Source: Chara braunii
Taxonomy: Eukaryota > Plantae > Charophyceae
DNA: 53,903 nt
NCBI GenBank assembly: GCA_003427395.1
Contig: BFEA01000034.1
Location: 4,908,992-4,962,894, forward strand
Direction: 5' to 3'
Both the position numbers and the translations under genes were made by a program. Numbering within the stretch: the first letter of the stretch is position 1; each line of letters starts with the position of its first letter. Below the pieces are notes generated by a model. The model had not been told where the DNA came from. It saw only the letters and a program-made list of their open reading frames with translations, and searched no databases. Positions 24,027-36,007 of this stretch are shown here, in pieces.

Positions 24027-26149
24027 AGAAAATTCAAAAAAATTCCCCCCTCTCCCTTCCTTCCTCCATTCCCTCCATTCCCCTATCTATCCCTTTACCC
24101 TAATCTGCCCCCGTTGGGATTTAATTCCCAGCCCCAGAATAGAGTATTCCTCACAATCTGCCCATGCCCCTTCCAGGGTTTCACCACCCGCCTAATAAAA
24201 CCCCTGCAGAGCTGGGCTCTCCCCCTCCCCTGTTCACAAACTCCCATGCGACATAAACATACTTCCCTCTTAAAATTTCTTGATAAATGATGGAGTACAC
24301 AATAATCAAGTCGATGAAGATGAGGAAAAGCAACGTATTACTGTTGGAATTTCCTACCAAAATTAAGGAATGAGGAAAAATAAATAAATAAATAAATAAT
24401 TGAGAAGTTAAGAACAAAAAAACTTGGATTTTCAATTTAATTTTTTTTAGGTATTTGAAGAAATACCTTATAGATGTTTGGTATTTAAAAAATACCTTTC
24501 CAGTCAGTCCAGTGATACAGAGATACAAATTTCATATAGATAAGAGAAAATTAATAGGATATATTATTAAGTTGGTGACTCGGTTAATTCATTTGCTGAT
24601 GACTTGGATGATGAGTAGGTTGATTAATTAGTTAATGATCTAGATGATGATTGTGATGATGATTAATTAACTAGTTAGTTAATAATAAATATAGACTATT
24701 TACTTGTTTTAGAAGACACTGATTAAAATCTGAAATTCGTAATGGATGGAACTGAAAATCAAAACAGAAAATTCAATCAAGAAAAAACGTGAGTTACTCC
24801 CCCCTCCCCCTTCCTTTTTCCAGGAAATCTACAAATCTATCTCTCTCATCCACCACCTCTTCCCCTTCACTCCCTCCTTGTTCCCGTCCTTCCACGTCTC
24901 CCGCCCTCTCCCACACCCTTCCCCACTACTCCTTCTCGTTCCCCCAACTTCCCCCATTGCTTCCCCAAAAAAGGAAAGCGGAGCACCATAAGGAGAAGCA
25001 GAGTCAAAGAAGAAGAGGGTTAATGCGGAGGAGAAAAGAGGGATGAGGCTGAAGGGCACGATGGAGGAGGAACGTATTCCAAAAAAAAAAAAGAATTAGG
25101 TGAAAGAGGGTGGAGAAGATCACCCTCCCTATCTCAAAAATCGCGTCGATGATAATGATGATGATGATGATGACGCCCCTTGAAGCCGCCGTCCTCCCAC
25201 AATTGATAGAAATGATCTGGAGTTGCTCATCGGTCGTCTCTCTCCTGTTTATAATCGTCTCCGTAGTAGTGCGCTCCATTCCCCTTGTCTGTCTTCCCCA
25301 AACACTCCGGCCCAGTTGTATACACGACCGGAGAAATCATTACTTTTTGAACTCCTGTTTACTTCTGACCCTTCCTTCGACGTTAACGTCAAAGGAGTTA
25401 ATGCGTCCAATCCCACGAGCCTGTCGTGGCGATCCTCAGCAGGCGTCGCCTTTAGAAAGAGCCTTCGTGTTCACACAAGAGTCACTGCAAAATCCTTCCT
25501 ACCTCCCTCCACCTCCACCATCCCCTCCCTCACAGTCACCCCTTCCTTTCTTCCGGGCGCAAACGCTTGCGTCGTGAGGTCATGTCGTGCAGAACACGCG
25601 CGCCTACGTGCTGGCCAAAACTCACCAGCGAAAGACGCGCGGTACAGCGCGAACGCACACTCGCGTGCGCTTGTCGCAGAGCGCTCCTCCATTTTTCGGA
25701 CATTTTTTTATCTGTCTGGCTGCTTCATCTATTGGTGGGGAGCGGCACCTGCTGGAAACCGGGTCCAGCATCCCATCCATACATCTTTTTTTACGTATCA
25801 TCATAACCAGATCACAGTGCTTGAAACAGAGTCCAGCGTCCTGTGGTAGCCTTTCTCCCGAAACCCCTCCCTCACCCTTGACCTGGCAGGGTATCAGAGG
25901 GAGCCACTAGGGGGCACCAGTGGGTCTTTCCTAGCCCGCCAGGATCAACTGCCTCTGAGCCGTCCTCAAGCTACCTATGCAAGGGATCTTTGAGCTGAGA
26001 GTCATGCTCATCCTCCCTTCTACCAACTACTCGTGTTGAGAACCTGACTCAGCGTCCCTTGGATTCCTAGGTTGAACCACTCTGCTGGAAAACGGGTCCA
26101 GCGTCCCATGGGTACGTGGAGGGAGGGGGGGCTCCCACCCAACCCACCT

Positions 26150-26990
26150 TTAACCTTGGGTTGAATCATCGATTCCTATGCCACCCGACTGATCGCATGG
26201 GGGAATTCACTATCCCCTCTCCATAGGGAGGCCGCTATTTGCCTCTTCAAGGCTTCAAGTCCCATTTCACTTAGCGGTCATAAGACTGACTTGTACCATA
26301 AGGATGCTAACACCACATTATTAACAAGTTAATAACCAGGGATCTACCAAAAATCGAGGTGTGTCGCCCGTTCCAAGCCGTAATTTTGGTTCTGGCCGGG
26401 TTCGCCACCCAGTCGCCGTTGGTCGCCGGTTTACCCTTGGCTGATAGAGATGCTCCAAGGACTCTCAACAAAACCTTCGAAGGTAGCCATGTACTGTGTG
26501 GTCTCTCCGGCGGTCTCCCACCCTGGTGGTGCAGCCACCAGCCCACCGGTTTTTGTCCCCAATTAACTGTCACATTTGATAGCCGGCAAAATCGTTCAAT
26601 CAGGGCTTTCACTGCTTCTAGGTTTTGTGCGCATGCCTCTATTATGATCGTTAGGTCATCCACGAAGAGGGAGCATACTGGAATCGCCGTATTGGGGATC
26701 CTTGTTATCCTGACCCTCCTAATATCCTTGTGGCTTCGCAGATTAGCTTATAAGGCCTCCATTATGATTAAGAAGAGGTAAGGAGCAATCGGGTCCCCTT
26801 ATCTGACCGACCGCTGGAGTGGGAACTGGCGGCCCACAGTGTTGTTGACTTGAACACTTGTGGTCACGTTCTTCTGGAGGATCCTTACCCATCGTCGAAA
26901 GGCCAGACCAAAATTCATTTTTTCCATACACATCTAGGAACTGCCAATCCACAAGGTCGTAAGCCTTTTTGAAGTCAATAAAAATGATTG
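26150..26990 (-). mobile_element. L1/Tx1 RT fragment
   Basis: IFIDFKKAYDLVDW, GDPIAPYLFLIIMEAL, FVDDLTII, HTSIFGRSLVIN. Confidence 0.9.
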
Positions 26991-28115
26991 CTGATGGGGG
27001 GGGAACATCCTGTGAACCTCATGGATGGAAGAATTCCACGGGTTGCTCACTCAACAACACCACGATTTGCCAAGGCAAGTCTTGTTGGAGGGAGAGGAGA
27101 TATTTGTTGGATGGGAGGAGGAGCTTTATGCAAATCTTTCTTTGCAACAGTTGGGCGACACGAACAATGCAACTGTGATGGCTGAGCTGTGTGAGTGTAC
27201 CAGAATCCTTGAGAGGTGAAAGAGCTGTTCACGGAGCTTTTGCCAGGAGGAGATGAGGGTTGTCCGCCTGGCGAACAACGATCACCTTCTCTAGATGGAG
27301 TTCATTAATCCCACGGACAGGAAAGGGAGAGTGTACAGAGTGAGAACGAGGTGGTGTAGAGTGAGGACAACGAGGTGCACCATTACCTAGCAACTGATGA
27401 CAAAGGGCAATATATGGATGCACAACTACAACTACAATTACAACACCAGAGCCTTATCTACAACCCCCCAGTGGTGATGGGTACTGGAGCTCCTATGACA
27501 AGTGATGAGGGGGTAATGGATGACATGGCGTGGCGTGTGGAGGCTCAAGTGCGATTGCAGCAATATCCATCGTTTGAGGACGATGAGTTGCACATGAAAG
27601 CTCAATTACAACTAGGGCAACAAACTCCCACTGGATCCCCTAGAGCGGCAATCGGCCTCCCCGGAGAGGGCCAAAACCTGCTCCAGGAAACCCCGGACCC
27701 TCTCCAGCCTCACGGTGAAAAGCACTTACAGGATGCTTAGGGTCTGCTGAGACTTGAAAGATGTAATAACTGATAGGTGGCATATGGATGTGCTCCAAGG
27801 ATGGAAGGGGGACAATAGCAGATCCAAGGGATAACGGAGCCCCAGGAAGAGACAACTATCACCACAGCCCTAGGAAACAACAAATACCAATATCTTTGTA
27901 TTGTAAGATGTATCAATGGGACGTTGGACCCGGTTTCCAGCAGGTGCCGCTCCCCACCAATAGATGGAGCAGCCTGACAGATAAGCCCTCAATTCTGACG
28001 GTTCTCTTACCACCGCCAGGATAGAGGGATATCGCAAGGGCTATTNNNNNNNNNNNNNNNNNNNNNNNNNNNNNNNNNNNNNNNNNNNNNNNNNNNNNNN
28101 NNNNNNNNNNNNNNN

Positions 28116-29600
28116 AAAAAAAACACCTCAATGTGGATAGACAACTTCTTAAACCTATAAGGTGGTTTCACGACTGCAAGAGTAGGCCGACAAAAATCGC
28201 CTCGCTCCAATGGGAAATCACTCACTGTTGTCTCCCCACGAACAATTGGCTAATCGACCATACACAGTTGGAAAACATTTTGCTGCAGTGCCCAACTGCC
28301 ATCTTGGCGTGGGGATCGTGGGATAGGATTTGGAGACAGATGGTCCCAAGTCAGCCATGGCCCTGGGACTGGAGAGCAATCCTGCTAAGCTATCATCCGG
28401 CTCTACAGCAGGGGACCTTCGAAAGGAATATGTTCTCCCTGGGAAGGAAGACTGTCTTGTGGACCTTGTGGTGGCAACGCTGCGCATTGGAATTAGAAGG
28501 AAACAGGGTGGAGGGAGAGGAAAGGAGGGATCAGAACCCACTTTCAACTGGAACTTACCCAGAGGTGGTAGGAGACCAAAAGGACACTAGACACCCTCTA
28601 CACATGCAAGGACACATCGGACAGGATTTCTCAGTTGCCGAAGACTGGCTAGGGGGGAGGAGGGAGGAATGGGTAGGAAGGGTATACTGGTCAGGAGAGA
28701 AGAGCGGGGAAAGCCAAGGGAGAGAAGTGGACACACGAGCCGAAGTCCCCCGGGATTATCGCCTCTCCTTCAAAGACAGGACAGAGGTGGACCCCAGCAT
28801 CCCCCTGCGGCCCGCAGACGAATTCTCAGATCCCTTCCCGCCACACCCGCTGTGCCTGGAGGAGAGGTTCTGGTGAAAAGCGCTATACCCCGTGGCTGGT
28901 ATCTAGTTCCCAGTAGTTCCCAATGATTCTTCTCATGCTTTTTCTTCAAAACAAATCAGGAGGAACGCTGAGCTCATTCGGGCGAAAGGCCGGTTCGGAG
29001 AAGGAGGGAGAGACGAGAGGACCCACTGGTGCCCCCCTGTGGTTCCCTCGTGTCTCCAAGGACGGGAATGCTGTACACGGCCAGCAGCGGTTGGAGATTG
29101 CCTTTCCTTGATAGAGGTTTTTCCATTTTTAAAGGAAGGTTAGATTAGAGGGACGAGTACAGCTGGAGGGAGAAGATTGTCATCAGCAGTGCTCTACAAC
29201 AACCTGCCCAGTCCATCCTCTGAACCCAGAGTAATCAATGCTGGCAGGTCCAGGACCTGGTCTTATTTCTGGTTTTCTGGTTCCTCCTTTTTTTTTTTTT
29301 TTTACAAAACATCCTCCACTGGTGATAGGGGTGCTGATACGAGCAGACACCGCTACCACCGGGGGAGAGGTTCCATCTTTTGGTGGGGAGCTTCACCTGC
29401 TGGAAAACGGGTCCAGCGTCCCTCTTACAGATTGTACTCAGAACATCTTAGAAAAATGGAAAATAGAGAAAGTTCCTCCTAACTGTTTTTCGAATCATTC
29501 TGTATAAGGGACGCTGGACCCGTTTTGCAGCAGGTGATGCTCCCCACCAATAGATGGAGCCTTTTCTTTTTCTTTTCAAAAAAAAAAAAAAAACGAAAAA
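28116..29600 (+). mobile_element. L1/Tx1 3' portion (ORF2 C terminus, structured 3' UTR, poly(A)) with an antisense short insertion at ~29288-29471
   Basis: SLQWEITHCCLPTNNWL and PLRPADEFSDPFPPH match the other copies; inner insertion flanked by GTTCCTCC duplication. Confidence 0.9.
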
Positions 29601-31460
29601 ACAAACGGTTCCTTGCCGTCTCTTCTCCCTGGTAACAACGGAGGCTGAGGTGAGGGAGAGGACTTTCTTTTTTTTTTTTTTTTTTTTGGACTGAACAAGG
29701 GTTACGAGATCTTCATGTCCCTGATCAGGAGCTGCTGAAGATAGACTGTGGAAACGGAAAACGGCTTGATCAGGCAAATGATGTGCTGCACGGGGATTTT
29801 CAACCTCATCTGTGACAAGACAAACGAGTAACAACAGTTGCCCCTGTGCACTGCTAGAGAGGGACATCAGGGCGGGCAGTGGGTGCAGCAGCAGGACAAG
29901 GCGCCATCAACGTGAGATGGGTTGGCAGATCTATCGACTAAAGGTAGGCGTGTTGGCTGGGTTGGAGGGTTGTGGACTCCTCGTTCAGGTTGGAGCGGTG
30001 CGCAGAGGAATGGCGCCCCCATCGGGAGAAGGGGAAGGGGAGCCCTATGGTGGTGGGTCCCGGATGGGAAGACGGGTATCCAAGATCCTGTGGGGGAAAC
30101 GATGGGGGAGTGAACGACCAGGGCAGACAGAAGGAAGGCGGCTACGGGTCTGGATCGTTGCCACGTCAGCTTTGACAAAAAGCTTGGTATCCACCTGCAG
30201 CTGCCTCTGGATAATAATCAGACAAATAATAAAAACGACATAGAGGCCACGTGGCCTTTTTTTGCTAGTGCTCAAGTAATGATGATAGGCATACACCACT
30301 TGGCGCGTTCTCCACAACATGCTGTGCCCGCCCATATTTTAGGAAATTTCTGGTCATCGTTTGAGATGTGCGAGTATGGGTTTCAAAATCAGATACTGCA
30401 ACTGAGACCTGATGCCCGCATTTTTGGAATTTCCTGTTCATCGTCTGAGAAGGGTGGGTATGACTTTTAAAATCAGATACAGTAGTTGCGGCCTGATGAG
30501 TGGATGAGATAGGAGGGTGGGTAGTGTGTTTGTCTGGATTGGAGGGGTCTGGGGATTCTCCTTCATTAGGGTTTGGTAGGTAGCTGGGCATATGATTGAT
30601 CAAGCTGTTGCCAGGAAAAAGGTTAGTCCACCATCTCGGTCTGATGGGCAGTCAATCCCCTCCGAGTCGTCTGAGGGCAATCAATGCTGTCCGTCGTCTA
30701 CAGCTTACATCTTGCTCCGCCTTTGTAATTGGGACGCTGGACCCGGTTTCCAGCTGGTGCAGCTCCCCACCAATAAGATTGGAGAGCCATCTATAACAGG
30801 GAGCCTATTATTGGAGGATGCTCTTATCACCACCAATAATAGGCAGCCCGTGGATGTTTTTGTCAAAAAAAAAGGAAAAAAAAAAAAGAAAGAAAGGCCT
30901 CCCCTCTTGCTGCAGGCTGCACATGCCAGACAGAAAAGAAGAAAAAAAGGAAAGAAAGGCCTCCCCTCTTGCTGCAGGCTGCACATGCCAGACTGAGTTA
31001 GGGGGGGAAGGGGGGTGGCCATGATTCACTTGGAGAGAAACAGGCAGGAAATTTAAATAAAAATTGGGAAAAAGATCAAGGATATGGCCAAAAAAAAAAA
31101 AAAAAAAAAGATATGGCCATTACTTGCAAAATATCCATGCGGAGATGTAACATCTTGACATAACTTGGGCTCACTCCCTCTAACAAAGAGGATTGGATTC
31201 CATGCCAGCATCTGGACGTGTTTGTGGAGAGGTGCAGGAAATTGCAATTGATCTGCTGTTCTGCATCTCTGGCTAAAACCTATCCAGATTCACGTGGTTG
31301 ATCCAATCCCGTTTTGCTTGTGGGACTGTGTCCCTTAACTGATTCATCATAGAGGCTGATGATGAAAAGCAAAACTGAGCTGGGTGGAACTCCACATTGA
31401 GCTCGGATTAAAGAAAAAAAAAAAAACATTGAGCTGGGATGAAGAGGGCAATCTGATCCA

Positions 31461-31902
31461 GCGGCCTACCTCAGTTGGTAAGGCATGCAAGTGGCATTCA
31501 GGAGGTCTTGGGTTCAATCCCCATTGGCCTCATGTATCTTCCTGGGCATGCTTGGCGCCCGCCACCTAGAGATAGCCCGTTGGTCCCCCCAATTGGCATT
31601 AAAAAAAGCAGGCTCTGCTGATGTTCATAGGGGGAGGGGTAATCGGGGAGGCACAGCGACTGGCCGCTCAGATGATGCTCGGTCCCTCTGTCACCGGCTG
31701 TCCCCTGGCCGGTGCCCCCCGTTGGGGGTTCCCTGAAGGCTATCAGGCCACCCGAGACCCGAGGCTGAAAAGGCCTCCGTTGTCAGATTAGACACAAGAT
31801 TGAATTTACCTGGGCTGGTTAGTCCGATGATAATACCTCAGGCCATCGCCCTTTCTTTTTTCTTTAAAGAGGGAAATCTGGAAGAAAAAAAAAAAAAAAA
31901 AA
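31461..31902 (+). mobile_element. tRNA-derived SINE
   Basis: A box TACCTCAGTTGG, B box GGTTCAATCCC, non-tRNA body, poly(A) at ~31885-31902. Confidence 0.7.
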
Positions 31903-32393
31903 CAAGCTCCAGGGGCTGCCTACGGTGCTAGTATGAGCAGACACGGCAGTCCTGTGGCTGGCTCCAGTCTGTTGGTGGGGAGCTTTACCTGCTGGAAATG
32001 AGGTCCAGCGTCCCATAACGAAATTTCGGGGTGCTCAGAACAGAAGATGATTGGAAGGCCACCTGCCTCTTCAGCCCGCAGGCGGCGTGATTTATCACAA
32101 CCCAGCAAGCAGCTCCTCCCCTTTTCAAGCATCACGCACTCTCCCTTTTTTTTTTTTTTTTCAACCAGAACAATCCCCGGAGGCAGCTTGAGATGCTGGT
32201 AGGAGCAGACATGTCAAGCTACTCCCAGGGAGGCCCCATCTATTAGTGGGAAGCTGCACCTGCTGGGAACGGGGCCCAGCGTCCCCTTTTAAGGTCGCAG
32301 TGAGGGCCCCACGGACACATAGTGGCAGAGGTACTGGTGGTTTAAGTGCAAAGCTGACAGCTTTTTTGTTTCATTTGTTGCCTTCCACTGTAA

Positions 32394-32416
32394 GGTCCCT
32401 TCTGGCTAAGATCTTT

Positions 32417-32464
<48 letters not shown>

Positions 32465-32505
32465 TGGTTCTGATCAAGTGTAGTATCTGTTCTAATCATA
32501 TTTAA
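32394..32505 (+). pseudogene. U2: U2 snRNA 5' fragment split by a poly(T) insertion
   Basis: CCTTCTGGCTAAGATC-[Tn]-GATCAAGTGTAGTATCTGTTCTAATCA, including the branch-point pairing motif GTAGTA. Confidence 0.85.
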
Positions 32506-32589
32506 AAAAAAAATTAAAAAAAAATCTGAAAACAGAAGAACATAATTATAAGCCGAAGCCACGGAAAAAGGGACAACATAGCAAACAAA

Positions 32590-34309
32590 GGGCATCGCCA
32601 TACCCCTCCCGGAATGTTTAAAAGACAAAACCTATGGTGGGTGTAGCTTTCGATGTTTTTTTTTTTTTTCCCGGAAGATAGGGCATAGCCACACCACTCT
32701 CGAAATGCGCAAAATGAGAATGAACTTCATCGCACAACATAGCCAGATGCACCCGCCACATTTTTGTCTTTTCCACACTTGGAGAGTGGTGTGGCGAGGC
32801 CCATACATGCTCCATTTTGCACATTCAGGGAGTGGTGTGGCGAGCCCCAAAGTCTTTGCAGTGATGAACTGGGAAGGCTGCTGAATACCTGGGGCTTTAC
32901 GGAATCAGGATCATCCAGTTGGCTCCCCAACGAATTGATTGGAGCATTGTCCATGCCCACTCTCCCCGCCCCCCGAAAACAAAAAGAAACAAGGATCGTC
33001 CAGTTGGCCATGCCGACTGAAGGCATACTCATGCTAAGGACCTCCCCACACCACTCTTGAAACGATGCAAGGTCTAAAGAGCTGTCAGGCGTTTTCAAGA
33101 GTTGCGCTTTCGAGAGTTTTTGGCCCTTGGCCACACAGCACTCTTGAAACCGCGACTCTCTTGGAGACTATGCATAAAAGAGTCTGACGCGAATTTGTTT
33201 TTGTTTTCTGTTCAGTACTGTAGCCTGCCTGACACCTCTTGAAAATTGAGGGTCCTTCGAGCGGTACGCTTGAAACCTAAAGTTTTCCAGGCTGGGGATT
33301 CGGGGATTTCAAGAGCCACTCTTGAAACCCGTTTCTGACAGCTCTTGAAGGATGTTTATGGGTTAACACCTTCAAGAGGCTGTGTGGCGGTTTAAAGACT
33401 CTTGAAAATACGTTTTCAAGAGTGGTGTGGGGAGGCCCTAAGGGGGTTAAACTTTTCTCCTAAGCTCTGGAGGAGATTGCTGCGAGATGAGACGGCTGTG
33501 GCTTCCACAGAGTGTTAACGGGAGAAGTTTGTTCTCGCGTTGCCAAACATTGATCGCGTCAATCCCATACACACACGACATTGGGCCGCGCTCCGCTACT
33601 CACTTCATGCACAAACGACAGAAAATATGGTCGTGTATATTTCTTTCCATGTTTTAACGGAAGATGCATTCTCAATTTGCACATTAAATTTGGTGAGTAG
33701 TGGAGAGAGGCCCATTCACAATTTTCAAGCATAAAGACAAAGTAGGCTTATATTGCTTTCACGTCATCTGCATACGCGATATTCACAATAGCATAGAGGC
33801 TAATCACCTCTCTGCACTGCTCATGGAATGCACAAAAGAAAAAAATGATGGTGGCGCATCTTTCCATCTTCTAGTGGAAGATTCATTCTCAATTTGTACA
33901 TTTGGTGAGTAGTGCAGTTAGGACCAAAGCAGACCAGTGTTCGACGACCACACTAGGGGCCTGGCTGCACTACTCTCGACATGCACAAAAAACAGAAATC
34001 ATGGCCGTGTATCTTTCCATATATTCTGGCGGAAGATTCACTCATGTTTTGCGCATTTCGAGAGTAGTGCAGCGAGGCCCTAGGTCACAGAAGATTTCAA
34101 GAAGAAGAAGAAGATACTTCGTACCAAGAAGCCATCTGATGCATACAGCCACGGCCATAATTGCAGTCAGATAGAGGGCCTCGCCCACTACTCTCGAAAT
34201 GTGCAAAACGAGAAATGAATCTTCCGCTAGAACATGGAAAGATACACCGCCATGATTTTTGTATTTTGTGCATGTCGAGAGCGAGAGTTACTGTAGTGGA
34301 GCGAGGCGC
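32590..34309. mobile_element. Cluster of ~125-bp PIF/Harbinger-like MITEs: 32590-32848 with nested 32681-32802; 33583-33713; ~33795-33925; 33957-34080; 34176-34309; also ~35328-35439
   Basis: TIR GGGCCTCGC..CAC(C/T)ACTC with 3-bp TSDs AAA, ATA, ATT, TAG and AGA. Confidence 0.85.
33038..33438. mobile_element. PIF/Harbinger (Tourist-like) MITE
   Basis: TIR GG(A/G)CCTCCCCACACCACTCTTGAAA; TSD TAA; internal CTCTTGAA repeats. Confidence 0.9.
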
Positions 34310-36007
34310 AGATTCTAAGAAGTCCAAGTGTGAGAGTATGCGCTGAGTCTGATAAGTTCAGCATATGATTAGCACCTTGCCTCCTTGGCCAAACCTGGAT
34401 AGAGAGGGAGTCACATGGTGTCTTTTTTCTGCTTCTCTCTCTTTTTTTTCATTCGAGACGGCTGCGATCTATCGGTGGGGAGCATCCCCTGCTGGAAAGC
34501 AGGTCCAGCATCCCTTGTTTTTTTTTTTTTTTTTTTTTTTTTTGAAGTCGATGGTGTTTTAGAGTGCACAGTGATCACCTGGAGCTGTGGGCCATGGGTG
34601 TCCTGGAATATGAGACCACCTCCCATCCCATCCTCACGTCAATACTCCTACCGCACCCCCTATCCCACTATCCTACCTCAGTGTGACCAGCACTCAGGAC
34701 CATTACCCTACCAATGGGCAGGTAACTTGGACCGAACAGCAGTGATAGGCACCAGGGATGATAGGTTGCCCCGCCCAGCCCTGGTGGAAGCGGAATCGGA
34801 CGAGCCTTGTCGAACGGGAACTTCGGACGCCAGGCCCCGACAATCTACTACAGGGCCCAAGAGACTCTGGACCCTAGGTTCAGACAGGGTAGCACCCACT
34901 GAAGCAGTCTTACCGTCCTTCCCCTAGCTTACCCAAGGCCAGGCGGAACTCAGACTGGCCGCCTGGCCTGAGCGACTTATATCCCTATCCCTACCCTTAC
35001 CCTAGGGTCTAAGCCTTATATACAGCCACCAGACAGTTCTATCCGAATGTCAGTAGGAACCCCTTACCTGAACCTACTGCAGATACCAGACCCCACCCAG
35101 TGACTAGACCCCCCCAGTCTGATAGTTGTGTAGTTCGCAAGCTATGTGTATACCCGAAGGCTGTGTATGCTCCATGAACCTGTGTATCGAGGTGTACAGA
35201 CAGCATCATGTGTGGAAACTTGTGTATGTAACCCAGATATTTCACTTTCCTACTGCAGGACCAGCATTGATTACCCTTCGTGAAACCAAAAGACACAAAT
35301 CTGCTGATTATGCAGTCTGATAGGTTTGGGGCATCACGCTCTCGAAATGTGCAAAACGAGAAGTCCCTGTAGAACATGGGCAGATGCACCTGCCATATTT
35401 TTGTCTTCTTCACATTTCCAGAGTGGTGTGGTGAGGCCCTTGGTATACAGTTATACCCGTGCCTCCTTCGGGGAATGCATGAGAGAGTGGAGCTATGGTC
35501 TTCTACCGCAATAGAACATACGATGGTCGTTATGGATGTATCTGGACTGAATGGTGCCCCAAATGGAGCCACAATGACCATACATTCTGCTCTATGGGAG
35601 GAAGGACATGAATCGCGTGGTATAATAATATATAATCTTGTTTGCAATCTGACCCTTCCTGGGGGTCACAGCCCCACTGGTGAAGATGATCAGATTTAGT
35701 GCCTGAATCTGGATGTGTTCTATGCCAGAGATGCAGAAAAGCAAATCAACCGCAATTTTCTGCAGGTGTCCACAAACGCATCCAGATTCAGGCGTTAAAT
35801 CCAATCCTCTTTGGTAGTGGGACCTCGCCCCTGGAGGATGGGTCCTCTGAGAATTGAAGAATAAAATTGTAGTAGATTGTGCAATATGCAGATACGTTGA
35901 CATTGGTTTAGGATGGCATGGTCTCTGAGATGTGAAGTCCTGGTACAGGAAGGGGTAGGAGTTGTTCTAGGATTAGGAGGCCAGGATGGCTGATAAAGCA
36001 TAGTCTT

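Noticed and set aside
31461-31535. Functional tRNA gene (also 10414-10490 and 3531-3615)
   Set aside because: Cloverleaf stems do not pair well, and the head continues into a SINE body and poly(A)
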